Positions 1 to 8,831 of a DNA stretch of 64,000 bases are shown in pieces. The notes under the pieces are model-generated. The model was not told the origin of the DNA. It made no database searches and was given only the letters and a program-made list of their open reading frames with translations. The first letter of the stretch is position 1. Each line of letters begins with the position of its first letter. Source of the stretch: a virus. Lineage: Duplodnaviria; Caudoviricetes. The DNA lies in the IMG/VR virus record IMGVR_UViG_3300011434_000008, positions 5,770-69,769 of that record. One strand, 5' to 3'. Made by a program: the position numbers and the translations under genes.

Positions 1-2
1 GC

Positions 3-92
3 GGAGCTTCCGAGCGGTCCCCGAAGAAGACCCAAGACCGTGAGCCGGGCGGCGACGACCTCGGAATAACCGACGACGACATCCCGTTCTAG
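3..92 (+). CDS. C-terminal fragment of a probable single-stranded DNA-binding protein (gene starts before the window)
   Basis: Frame 3 reads GASERSPKKTQDREPGGDDLGITDDDIPF then TAG at 90-92. DDDIPF is the classic acidic SSB C-terminal tip. Confidence 0.65.
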   Translation, partial: GASERSPKKTQDREPGGDDLGITDDDIPF

Positions 93-101
93 GAGACGCC
101 G

Positions 102-305
102 ATGATCAACACAGAGGACCCAAAGTGGGAGCCAAGCAACAGCACTATGGGTAACATCGAGAACTCAGCAATCCTCACAGTTGCGAAACTATCCCTGGGC
201 GACCGGCGCTCCGCGCTCAGGGAAGTCAACTCCCTATTCCAACGACTCAGGCGGGGTGTTACCAAGGAAGAGGAAACACCTGTACTTCCGCAGGACTTTT
301 TCTAG
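102..305 (+). CDS. hypothetical protein
   Basis: 67-aa ORF with AGGAG upstream, tightly packed after the SSB tail. Confidence 0.55.
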   Translation: MINTEDPKWEPSNSTMGNIENSAILTVAKLSLGDRRSALREVNSLFQRLRRGVTKEEETPVLPQDFF

Positions 306-317
306 CGAGGTTCTTAT

Positions 318-542
318 ATGGCTTGCTCAGGACAGATCGAATCCCACGTTGCCCTTGTGATGGATGCACGCAACCGGATGAAGGAAGCTGAAGACACCAG
401 CCTGTCACGAGTTCGCAGACTTCAGTTGTTGTGTGATGCTTCCAACCTGATCCACGGTGCCATGAATTTAGTGGGAAGGTTGCCCAATCTGAGAAAAATG
501 CTGACCGACTGCTCCAACCAGTTTCTAGGGGTGAAACCATGA
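318..542 (+). CDS. hypothetical protein
   Basis: 74-aa ORF with GAGG upstream; ATGA overlap with the next gene. Confidence 0.6.
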   Translation: MACSGQIESHVALVMDARNRMKEAEDTSLSRVRRLQLLCDASNLIHGAMNLVGRLPNLRKMLTDCSNQFLGVKP

Positions 543-817
543 AGGACTTGTTCAGAGGAATGGAAGCCGACTTTCTCCAGTTCGATAAGGTCCAGAACAA
601 GAAGTCACTACGCCCGGATCTGCACGCCTTTATGCTGCTGGATATACTCATGCCGGGCACGTCTGACATGGTGTCCAACGCCGGAAGCGATGAGATTTTT
701 CTGGAGGTGGAGCCCGAAGCGTTGGCCCAGGTAGCCACAGAAGATCAGCTACAGGAGCTGCACCGCTGCGGAGTACGTCACGACATCGGACAGGACGCCT
801 TGGTAATGTTTGTCTGA
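539..817 (+). CDS. phage hypothetical protein
   Basis: 92-aa ORF coupled to the previous gene; RPDLHAFMLLD...LHRCGV pattern recalled from small phage proteins. Confidence 0.65.
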   Translation: MKDLFRGMEADFLQFDKVQNKKSLRPDLHAFMLLDILMPGTSDMVSNAGSDEIFLEVEPEALAQVATEDQLQELHRCGVRHDIGQDALVMFV

Positions 818-826
818 GGAGGAGAA

Positions 827-1012
827 ATGGAATCACCTCATTGGTTGCTGGAGAAAGTGATCACAAAGCGGCCTCACTGGATTGGAATCGAGGGGGGTAT
901 GTTCCGATGGACGCCTGTTAAAGAACGAGCCCTACAGCTTGCTCGACGCGAGGACGCCGACAAACTGGCTGAGATCATCGACGATGCCGAATCTATAGTG
1001 GGGTGGCCATGA
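827..1012 (+). CDS. hypothetical protein
   Basis: 61-aa ORF with strong GAGGAG RBS. Confidence 0.6.
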   Translation: MESPHWLLEKVITKRPHWIGIEGGMFRWTPVKERALQLARREDADKLAEIIDDAESIVGWP

Positions 1013-1245
1013 CCAACGAAGGGTATGAGTGGTTCCAAAAAACCTGTCTATACGCCCGCTACGTTCCGGACGGCGCGCAGCGTAGCGAGGTAGCAGAGTT
1101 CTGGATCACAGTCTTTCGCAGCACAGTTGTAAAGCGGGCCAAAGACCGTTGCCGCCATGCCGTCAACCGTCCCTGCTTTGGTTGTCTGGGGATAGCCTTC
1201 ACGGAGCACAGCAATGACACGAGAGAAATGCCTAGAAATACTTGA
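1009..1245 (+). CDS. hypothetical protein with Cys cluster
   Basis: ATGA overlap with the previous stop; CRH...CFGC near the C-terminus; overlaps the next gene by 32 nt. Confidence 0.45.
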   Translation: MTNEGYEWFQKTCLYARYVPDGAQRSEVAEFWITVFRSTVVKRAKDRCRHAVNRPCFGCLGIAFTEHSNDTREMPRNT

Positions 1246-1468
1246 CCGATACGAACGGTTCCTGGCCCCATTAGGTCCTAAGAAAAAGGACCGGGAGATG
1301 GTGAACCACATTCTCTTTAAGATGATTCCCAAGATGGACGCCATGCTAGTGCTTCCAAGCCAAGAGGACATAGAGAAGTTCATGCGCTGGCTGGGCTTCA
1401 TTCAAGGTGTACTGTGGCAGCGAGGTTGGTTCACTTTGGAAGAACTGAAGGAACATAACCATGAATAG
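1214..1468 (+). CDS. hypothetical protein
   Basis: 84-aa ORF with GGAG upstream; KFMRWLGFIQGVLW segment typical of small phage proteins. Confidence 0.65.
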   Translation: MTREKCLEILDRYERFLAPLGPKKKDREMVNHILFKMIPKMDAMLVLPSQEDIEKFMRWLGFIQGVLWQRGWFTLEELKEHNHE

Positions 1469-2132
1469 CAAAGGACACGACAGCAGCTGTTGCTGCGGAT
1501 GTTACGAGATCTCAGATTCATCCTTGTTCGAAAGATATCGGGATCTAGTCCGTCACCAACGCGCCCCTCTCCATGAGGCCGGTCTGATCTCTGACGACGA
1601 GTACGCCTCATTCATGGGTGACGGCGGCGCATCGGTCGAGCGACTTCAAAGCTACGACAAGTTGAAAGAGGAGCGCGAAAACATTCTCTCCGCTCTTGGA
1701 GAGCACCCCGATTCCCCCGTAGATATCCCGCAACGAATTTCAGATGTCCGAGACGAAGGTCGGGCACACTTCCACAAACTAACCGAGACGGGCAACCGAC
1801 TGAACGATGAACGAAGGCGAGTGTCCGAGCTGTCGGCTGAAGTTTGCCGACTGAACGCTCTACTCAGCAGCGAGATCTTCAAGGTGGACGAGCTGAAGCG
1901 GCGTAACAAGAAGTTCGAGGATGAGTACGTTCACGAGAAGCTGTTGCTGGATTGTCAGGACAAACTTGCGGCAGCCAACAAAGCCCTGCAGCTTAGGCAA
2001 CAAGAGTGGGAGCAACTGGCTGATGGGCTAAGCCCGAGACGACAACCGATGGCCCTGAACTGTACGAAGTGCGGATCTACGATTCACACCGACTCGTTCC
2101 ATTCAGAACGTTGCCCAAACGGGTATCGCTGA
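1461..2132 (+). CDS. coiled-coil protein with terminal Cys motifs
   Basis: 223-aa ORF; heptad-rich middle, CCCGC at the N-terminus and CTKC at the C-terminus. Confidence 0.6.
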   Translation: MNSKGHDSSCCCGCYEISDSSLFERYRDLVRHQRAPLHEAGLISDDEYASFMGDGGASVERLQSYDKLKEERENILSALGEHPDSPVDIPQRISDVRDEGRAHFHKLTETGNRLNDERRRVSELSAEVCRLNALLSSEIFKVDELKRRNKKFEDEYVHEKLLLDCQDKLAAANKALQLRQQEWEQLADGLSPRRQPMALNCTKCGSTIHTDSFHSERCPNGYR

Positions 2133-2145
2133 ACACCGATACTTG

Positions 2146-2154
2146 TGTTAAACT
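2146..2154 (+). promoter_or_regulatory. possible extended -10 promoter (TG-n-TAAACT)
   Basis: TGTTAAACT in the 2133-2181 intergenic gap, upstream of AGGAGG and the ATG at 2182. Confidence 0.35.
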
Positions 2155-2181
2155 GTAGGTGATTCTATCCAGGAGGGTGCC

Positions 2182-2361
2182 ATGAAAGATGGTAAAGCCG
2201 GAGCACTGCAAGTCCTGGGGATGTTCCGAGCCATCACAGGGCTGACTGTTGACGACCTGCTCGAAGCCAAGAGCGAAGAGGAGCTGACCATAAAGGTAAG
2301 CGAGAACATTCGAAAGGAACGGGAGACAGATCATGATCCAGATCGAGGGCCGAGTCTTTAA
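2182..2361 (+). CDS. small hypothetical protein (59 aa, absent from the ORF track)
   Basis: AGGAGG then ATG at 2182; MKDGKAGALQVLGMFRAITG...; TAA at 2359-2361. Confidence 0.5.
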   Translation: MKDGKAGALQVLGMFRAITGLTVDDLLEAKSEEELTIKVSENIRKERETDHDPDRGPSL

Positions 2362-3337
2362 CGAAGAACAGCAAGCAGCAATCGACGCCGACAGCGGCAC
2401 ATGGCAGATACTCGCGGGACCCGGCAGCGGCAAGACTGCGGTCCTTGTCGAACGATACAAACGATTGGCGCGGTTTGCTCCCCTGGGCTTGACGTTCACG
2501 GTGAAAGCAGCGAACGAAATGAAGAGTCGGGCCGGGGGTGGAAACTTCCGAACCATCCAGAGCGCGGCCTACCAGATACTGAAGGGCTTTTCCGGCAGCG
2601 CGGGGTTCATAGCACCGCCTGTTGACCAGCTCGTGAAGAACGCCATTGACGTTCTCAATCCGGATCGACCTCGCTTCAAGTACATTATGGTTGACGAGGC
2701 CCAGGACTGTTCAGAGGACGACTGGGAATTTATCCGCCGCCTGTCTCCCAACATCTTCGCCGTGGGGGACGCCATGCAGTGCATCTACGGATTCCGTGGA
2801 TCACAACCCGACCTCTTCCTCAACATGGCTCAGAGGTTCCCCGGCACCGACACTCTGTACTTGGGCCGGAACTACCGTTCGACACAGCAGATCGTTGACT
2901 TCTGCAAGAAGATTGCGCCGGTCCGTGGAGCACTGCTAGAGAGACTCTGTTCAGAGAATGAACCCGGCGACCCCGTCGAGATTCTAAGCTTCGCTCACAA
3001 CGTTGAGGAAGCCGAGTTCGTGATCAGCTGCGCACAGAATCTACGACGTGACGGAAACGGCAGCAGTGTTGTTCTTGCCCGAACCAACCGTCAACTTGAA
3101 GTCTTCTCGAAACTTGAAGCTCCTGTGGACTTGGCACATTTGGAGCGGTCCACGATCCATGCGGCCAAGGGTAAAGAGTGGGACAATGTTTTCGTGATCG
3201 GTACACAGCAGGGCCTGCTGCCCTTCAGAGATGGCGACGTTGACGAGGAGAGCCGGATCATGTTCGTCGCCGCCAGTCGTGCGAAGAAGCGCTTGTTCTT
3301 GACTCGGTACGGTACGCCGTCTATACTGATCGGATAG
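2333..3337 (+). CDS. minimal UvrD/Rep-family SF1 helicase
   Basis: SF1 motifs in order: AGPGSGKT, LTFTVKAANEM, VDEAQD, VGDAMQCIYGFRG, RNYRS, STIHAAKGKEW, EESRIMFVAASRA. Only 334 aa. Confidence 0.9.
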   Translation: MIQIEGRVFNEEQQAAIDADSGTWQILAGPGSGKTAVLVERYKRLARFAPLGLTFTVKAANEMKSRAGGGNFRTIQSAAYQILKGFSGSAGFIAPPVDQLVKNAIDVLNPDRPRFKYIMVDEAQDCSEDDWEFIRRLSPNIFAVGDAMQCIYGFRGSQPDLFLNMAQRFPGTDTLYLGRNYRSTQQIVDFCKKIAPVRGALLERLCSENEPGDPVEILSFAHNVEEAEFVISCAQNLRRDGNGSSVVLARTNRQLEVFSKLEAPVDLAHLERSTIHAAKGKEWDNVFVIGTQQGLLPFRDGDVDEESRIMFVAASRAKKRLFLTRYGTPSILIG

Positions 3338-3350
3338 GACGGAGGTTCTC

Positions 3351-3569
3351 ATGGATGTACAGGCTACGTTTCACCACCGGTGCAAGAGGGGCCTTCACCC
3401 TTTCGAGGTAATCTACAGCTTGAGTCATTCCGATCAAGAGAGCACCGTTGTCAATTGGTGCTCGATCTGTGGAACCATCAGCGTGGATCTCGACATCGAT
3501 GGTCGGATCAAACCAGGAGCTGTTCAAAAAGCGACGCGACCTAAAATTCTGGAACAGTTGGGAAAATGA
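3351..3569 (+). CDS. hypothetical Cys/His protein
   Basis: 72-aa ORF with GGAGG RBS; HHRC...WCSICG. Confidence 0.6.
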   Translation: MDVQATFHHRCKRGLHPFEVIYSLSHSDQESTVVNWCSICGTISVDLDIDGRIKPGAVQKATRPKILEQLGK

Positions 3570-3570
3570 A

Positions 3571-3747
3571 ATGAATATCACCAAGACCAGCAAAGCAGGG
3601 GAGCGCGTCGCCCTACTGATCATCGCGCTGTTGGGAATTTTTGACGGTCTGGTTACCCTTTGCACTCTAACCTTGGTGGACTCGGACTACAGAGCCCACT
3701 TCCTGTTCTCGGACTTCTGCAACCGGCTTACAGGAGTTGACCATTGA
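3571..3747 (+). CDS. small membrane protein
   Basis: ATG at 3571; hydrophobic run VALLIIALLGIFDGLVTLCTLTLV. Confidence 0.5.
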   Translation: MNITKTSKAGERVALLIIALLGIFDGLVTLCTLTLVDSDYRAHFLFSDFCNRLTGVDH

Positions 3748-4031
3748 ACTGCGGCTTTTGCTTCAGGAGCTTCGAACCCGAGCAACAATCTCCGGTATGT
3801 CCGCATCTCAACCTGGACCCACCGAAGCCCCGGCCTGGAGGCCCACGACTGCGGCCCGAAGTCCAACGTGAAATCGAAGACGCCTTCAACCTGCGCAACA
3901 TCCCAGCGCTGAACGCCTGGATTGACTCCCAAAATTACGCGGCGCGGTTCTACGCCCGGATGATGCTGAACAGAATCGAAGAGCTTGACAAGAGCGAGAA
4001 ATTACGATCTAATCTACAGCAAGAGGAGTAG
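3744..4031 (+). CDS. hypothetical protein
   Basis: TTG start overlapping the previous stop; N-terminal CGFC...CPH. Confidence 0.5.
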   Translation: MNCGFCFRSFEPEQQSPVCPHLNLDPPKPRPGGPRLRPEVQREIEDAFNLRNIPALNAWIDSQNYAARFYARMMLNRIEELDKSEKLRSNLQQEE

Positions 4032-4034
4032 ACA

Positions 4035-4568
4035 ATGGCCCGAGTAACCACTGTTGAAAAGGCACGGAAAGACCAAGGGAACTGCAGCGGGTGCGGAGAC
4101 CCGATCAAAGTTGGTGACAGCTATCGCTGGTGGAAGTTCCTACGCGGCCCGCGCTACGTGCGCTGTTCGAAACCTGACTGCAGACCAAAGCCCTCCGATC
4201 TTACCCGGAGCGAATTCTACTCCGGACTGTATGATCTGCAAGATCGGCTCCAGTCCGCGCTCGATACCTTCCGCCTGGATGGGGACGGCGGCTCACTGGC
4301 AGGCGAACTGAACGATGTTGCCAGCGAGTTGCGCACCCTCGGCGAAGAATGCCGAGAGAAGTACGACAACATGCCAGAGGGGCTACGGCAGGGCGACACC
4401 GGACAGCTCCTGGAAACTCGCGCCGATGAGTGCGAATCCCGAGCCGATGAACTGGAGAGCGCCGCCAGCGACGCGGAGGGCTACGAAGATCCCGAGGTGG
4501 AGGATGAACAGGATGGCGCACGCGATGACGCGGCGTCGGATGCCGACATCGACCTGAGCATTGACTAG
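4035..4568 (+). CDS. Zn-finger plus acidic helical protein
   Basis: GGAG RBS; CSGC...C..PDC at the N-terminus; very D/E-rich helical C-terminal half. Confidence 0.7.
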   Translation: MARVTTVEKARKDQGNCSGCGDPIKVGDSYRWWKFLRGPRYVRCSKPDCRPKPSDLTRSEFYSGLYDLQDRLQSALDTFRLDGDGGSLAGELNDVASELRTLGEECREKYDNMPEGLRQGDTGQLLETRADECESRADELESAASDAEGYEDPEVEDEQDGARDDAASDADIDLSID

Positions 4569-4577
4569 GAGACGACA

Positions 4578-5705
4578 ATGTCAACATGCCTGTACGTGAA
4601 CTACAAAGGGAAGCCGGTAACGAAGCACTCCTACAGTGGAGGCTCGACCTTCCGTTTCTGTCGTCGCCGCTATCAACTGGAGAAATCCAAGGGCTGGCGA
4701 GAGAAGGACAACAAGGCCAGCCTGCGCTTCGGGCGGTGCGTCGAGGATGCCCTACAGTTCCACGTCGTGAACAACCTGACGGGTGGCGAGGACCACTTCG
4801 TCAGCAGCTGGGCAAAGATCAAAGAAATTCCAGACCTAGTGTACACCGAGAAAGAAGGTGACTGGTCTTCCTTGGATCGCATGGGGCGCACCATGTTGAA
4901 GCTGTTCCAACAGTGGTGGCCGAAGTCGGGACTCGCAACTCCCAAGTGGCAGCTTGAGTACAAGAAGGAAGTGTTCCCCGGCGACCCCAAGTACGCGGGC
5001 CTGGAGTTCACCTCGTTCGTCGATCTTCGCGCCGACTATCGAGACAAGCCGTTGATCGTTGACATCAAGACCGCAGCTCACGGTATGTCCGAGAATCAGG
5101 CAATGCTTCAACTCGACCCGCAGCTGGGGGACTATAGCTGGGTGACTGGTATCCCAACGGTTGGATTTCTGAACCTCATCAAGGGGGGCAACACCTTCAA
5201 GAAAGGCGACAGCTGCACCGTCATCAGCACCGGCGACCAGAAAAAGGTCTGCACGTTCAGTGATGACACCAAAATCGCCCTGCTCCTGTCGTACCCGGAC
5301 TACGTTGAATATGAGCGGGAAGCCAAAGGCGTTCGAGGCAATGCGCTCAAGGAACTGAAGTCAAAATGGGAAGAGGGTGCATCTGCTGTCAAGCTGCACA
5401 TCAGCGAAATTACGAAGTGCCGAATTCAGTTCTTGACTTGCGAAATCCCAGAGGCTACGATCAGAGAGTCAGGGGAGACCGTAGCCCAGGACATTGTCAA
5501 CATCGTGGACGCCAACGAGCGCAACTACTGGCCCCAGGATGGCCGAGGAATCCGGTTCCCGAATAATAACTGCACGGTGTGCCCGATGATTGGGCTTTGT
5601 ATTGGTGACGACAAGCTTCGAGACGAGAAACTGATCAACATCAGCGCGTCCAAAGCGACGGTTCCGGCGAACGAAGACTGGCTCGACAAACTTCGAAACG
5701 AATAG
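4578..5705 (+). CDS. PD-(D/E)XK nuclease, Cas4/RecB-like exonuclease
   Basis: HSYS...C (N-terminal Cys), FG..VEDAL, FVDL, IVDIKT, QLGDY and C-terminal CTVCPMIGLC. This is the Fe-S staple pattern of Cas4-like phage exonucleases. Confidence 0.8.
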   Translation: MSTCLYVNYKGKPVTKHSYSGGSTFRFCRRRYQLEKSKGWREKDNKASLRFGRCVEDALQFHVVNNLTGGEDHFVSSWAKIKEIPDLVYTEKEGDWSSLDRMGRTMLKLFQQWWPKSGLATPKWQLEYKKEVFPGDPKYAGLEFTSFVDLRADYRDKPLIVDIKTAAHGMSENQAMLQLDPQLGDYSWVTGIPTVGFLNLIKGGNTFKKGDSCTVISTGDQKKVCTFSDDTKIALLLSYPDYVEYEREAKGVRGNALKELKSKWEEGASAVKLHISEITKCRIQFLTCEIPEATIRESGETVAQDIVNIVDANERNYWPQDGRGIRFPNNNCTVCPMIGLCIGDDKLRDEKLINISASKATVPANEDWLDKLRNE

Positions 5706-5764
5706 TATCTGACGACGCCAGATAATGGCTGAAAAGTGCCACTAGCTGGGAACGGAAAATACAA

Positions 5765-6373
5765 ATGAGCCTCAAGAAGCAAATTCAAATTGCTGGACTC
5801 CAGATCCTGGGTGTAAACATCGGTCCTCAAGACAGTCAGTGGGGGCAGATCTCCATCTTTGCGGAAAGTTTCACCCCGGATCTTGTACTGAAGGCTTTCG
5901 AAGCCTGGGCAAAAGACCAGGGTGATCGAGTCATACCGTACCCGCTGAGTGAGTTTGTTCGCGTGGCTCCGCGTATGGTCGCTCGTGCTACCAGGGAGGA
6001 CGAAACCCCTGTCGATCAAGCCGCGCTCGACGAGCTATGCTCCGAGCTGTACCTTATCGGAGGCCCGGCATTCTCCGGAAAAGAGCGAGCCGTTCTTGCA
6101 GAACTGACTCAGACTTACAGCCACGACGAAATCAAATCTGCTTACGCAGAACTTCTAGCCGGGTTCGATGATTTCCAAACGAGACGGGCGTCAAAGACCT
6201 TCGCGGAAGGCGGAGGAAAAGCCGTTCTCATGGCCGCACGAAAGCGGGCCGAACAGCTGAAGCGTCAACAGGAACTCATCGACCGCACCCGAAAAGCCCT
6301 GCTAGAAACCGGCTCCGTGGCCCCGCCTGTTGTTGAGGATGAGCCCACCACAGTTGAGCTTCCCGAGGTCTAA
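5765..6373 (+). CDS. hypothetical protein next to the primase-helicase
   Basis: 202-aa ORF filling the gap between the nuclease and the primase-helicase. Confidence 0.6.
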   Translation: MSLKKQIQIAGLQILGVNIGPQDSQWGQISIFAESFTPDLVLKAFEAWAKDQGDRVIPYPLSEFVRVAPRMVARATREDETPVDQAALDELCSELYLIGGPAFSGKERAVLAELTQTYSHDEIKSAYAELLAGFDDFQTRRASKTFAEGGGKAVLMAARKRAEQLKRQQELIDRTRKALLETGSVAPPVVEDEPTTVELPEV

Positions 6374-6381
6374 GCTACCAC

Positions 6382-8286
6382 ATGAAAGAAGATTTAGATC
6401 GGCTCAAAAAAGATCCGTCCGTCATCCGGCTTTACGCCCAGCGCGTCAAGTTGGAGAGACAGGGGAATCGCTACCGTGGATCATGCCCTTTCCACGCGGA
6501 CAGTACGCCCAGCCTCGACGTGTATCCAGACAAGGAAGACGGGACTCCGTTGTACAAGTGCCTTGGCTGTGAGGCCCGAGGGAACATATTCCAGTTCGTC
6601 AGCAAGTTCGATCACATCTCGATGAACGAAGCTATCAAACTGGTGAAGGTCTACGTGACCGGCACCCCGGAGAACGAAGCGCGGGTAGTTGACAGTGTCT
6701 TCAAACCCGTGGGACAAGCAAAACCCAAAACGGTTCTGTCGCTGGCTGACATCGCGAAGTACGAGCGAGCCTTGGAGCAGAACCCGGACGCCATCGCGTG
6801 GCTCCAGCGGGAGCGCGGCGTATCCTACGAGACTGCAAAGCGTCTGCATACGGGCTATTGTCAGGACATCGGCAAACTTATCGGAGCAACCGACCAAGAC
6901 GTTCGCGACAAGGGCTGGATAGTGCTACCGTGCGTCGAAGGCGATAAGGTTCACGCCATCAAGTTCCGGTCGATTGCTCGCAAAGTTTTCCGTCGCATGA
7001 TGGGGATGGCCTCGGAAGTTTTGTACAACGCGGACACCGTTGACCTACTGGAGCCCGTGTTCCTGACTGAAGGCGAGTTTGATACTATGGTACTAGAGCA
7101 GGCCGGGTTCCGTGCGACCTCGCTACCGAACGCAGCCTGCAAAACTACGCCGGAGATGAAGGACAAACTCTTGAGAGCAGAACTTGTGGTGCTGGCGGGC
7201 GACAACGACGGAGCCGCAGGCACAGAAAAGATGAAGAAGCTGTGGGCCGAACTCGGAGATCGCTCTGCGTTCTTGGAGTGGCCCGCAGGGTGGAAGGACG
7301 CCAACGCCACGTTTCTCAAAGAATGTAAGGGAAACGTGGATGAGTTCAAGTACACGGTCAGTGGTCTGCTGAGCGCCGCAAAGGCGGTTGTCATGCCCGG
7401 CATCTACTCTCTGCAAGAGAGCATGAGATCACATCACCAGACAGACTTGGCAAACCATCCCGAAAGGTTCCGGTTCCCCTGGAAGAACGTTGATGCAATG
7501 GCGATCATTCTTCCGGGCGACGTGGTCGCAGTCCTTGCTACAAACACCAAGATGGGTAAGACCTGCTGGCTGATGAACGCCACTATAGATGCGGCTCTTA
7601 TTCATGGTGAAGTTGTCCTCAACTATCAGTGCGAGTTGGAACCGGATCGATTCAACACCACTGTAGCAGCCCATGTTCTGAGGAAGGATCGAAACCATCT
7701 CACCAGGGAAGATATCGAAGATGCTGCCCGACGCCTGGGTAGTGCCAGATATTACGTGGGCTCGAACCCCGCGTTGAATACCGTTGGACCCGTACTCGAT
7801 CTGATCGAAGCTGCTATCAAGCGGCTCGGGGCTACCGTCGTGGTGCTCGATCACATTCACTTCATCTGCCGCAACGCCAGCGACGAAATCAAAGCGCAGG
7901 CCGATGCCTCGCAGCGCATTGCTAACATGTCGAAGCGATACCGCTGCAAGTTCTTCATGGTGGAGCAGCCAAGAAAGTCAAACCAGAATAGCCGAGGCAA
8001 GCGGCTCCACATTTCGGACGGCAAGGGTAGCGAGGCTCTGCACAGTGACGCCGCTGCAATCTTCGCCATTCATAGAGACATGGCGACGATCACAGACCCG
8101 CCGCCGCCTGATCCGTACAGCCCTATCACCAGCGTTCACCTGTTGGGCGGGGCTCGGTCCAAAGGCGACGGAGCTTCCGAATCCCGATTGATATTCGTAG
8201 GAAACCTCGCAACTTTCAGTGAGATGGTCAGCGCTCCCTCAGATGGTCCGGGAGACGGCGGACTTTTTGATGGACACCCGGTGTGA
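6382..8286 (+). CDS. DNA primase-helicase (CHC2 Zn finger, TOPRIM, DnaB-like SF4 helicase)
   Basis: CPFH...CLGC; TEGEFD and GDNDG TOPRIM motifs; KMGKT Walker A; VVVLDH Walker B; EQPRK. Confidence 0.9.
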   Translation: MKEDLDRLKKDPSVIRLYAQRVKLERQGNRYRGSCPFHADSTPSLDVYPDKEDGTPLYKCLGCEARGNIFQFVSKFDHISMNEAIKLVKVYVTGTPENEARVVDSVFKPVGQAKPKTVLSLADIAKYERALEQNPDAIAWLQRERGVSYETAKRLHTGYCQDIGKLIGATDQDVRDKGWIVLPCVEGDKVHAIKFRSIARKVFRRMMGMASEVLYNADTVDLLEPVFLTEGEFDTMVLEQAGFRATSLPNAACKTTPEMKDKLLRAELVVLAGDNDGAAGTEKMKKLWAELGDRSAFLEWPAGWKDANATFLKECKGNVDEFKYTVSGLLSAAKAVVMPGIYSLQESMRSHHQTDLANHPERFRFPWKNVDAMAIILPGDVVAVLATNTKMGKTCWLMNATIDAALIHGEVVLNYQCELEPDRFNTTVAAHVLRKDRNHLTREDIEDAARRLGSARYYVGSNPALNTVGPVLDLIEAAIKRLGATVVVLDHIHFICRNASDEIKAQADASQRIANMSKRYRCKFFMVEQPRKSNQNSRGKRLHISDGKGSEALHSDAAAIFAIHRDMATITDPPPPDPYSPITSVHLLGGARSKGDGASESRLIFVGNLATFSEMVSAPSDGPGDGGLFDGHPV

Positions 8287-8300
8287 AAGGGACTACAACA

Positions 8301-8633
8301 ATGGCATTCGACTTAGTGGAGCATTTGGATCGACAGAAGAAATGGTCTTTCGAAAACTTCGGACCCGGCACCAACTTAGAGGGTTTACTGGAACACATTC
8401 GAAAGGAACTCAAAGAGATCGAAGCCAAACCCTTCGACCTCGAAGAGTGGATCGACGTTGTAATCCTGGCTTTTGATGGAGCGTCTCGGCAAGGTTACTC
8501 TTCAGGAGATATTGCCCGCGCTCTGTTTGCCAAACAGTACAAGAATGAATTGCGCAAGTGGCCGGATTGGAGAACGGTGCCAGCAGGGCAAGCTATCGAA
8601 CATATCAAAGAAGAGCACGAGGAGTGGCCGTGA
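8301..8633 (+). CDS. DUF550-like dATP/dGTP pyrophosphohydrolase
   Basis: FGPG...HIRKELKEIE..P.DLEEWIDVVILAFDGA.R.G...K...N..RKWPDWR pattern. Confidence 0.8.
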   Translation: MAFDLVEHLDRQKKWSFENFGPGTNLEGLLEHIRKELKEIEAKPFDLEEWIDVVILAFDGASRQGYSSGDIARALFAKQYKNELRKWPDWRTVPAGQAIEHIKEEHEEWP

Positions 8634-8831
8634 ACCTTTCTGGCGATGGGAAAAACAAAACCGAAGTGGTGATGCCCGCCGATGGAGTCAGTTATTGACT
8701 CGACCGCTTGTGGCGAGCGGTAGCAACCTGTTCTTAGTGACCCACCCGTATGGGTCGGTTCATTCGTTGACAGGCAATCTACATTGCCGTGCAGAACTCA
8801 TCGCCAGATACAAAATCGAAAGGTGGTAACC

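Noticed and set aside
4578-5705. Cas4-like gene as part of a CRISPR-Cas locus
   Set aside because: There are no other cas genes or arrays; the context is phage recombination and replication.
5705-5723. Hairpin TATCTG-ACGACGC-CAGATA after the nuclease gene
   Set aside because: The stem is short and AT-rich with no U-tract, too weak to call a terminator.
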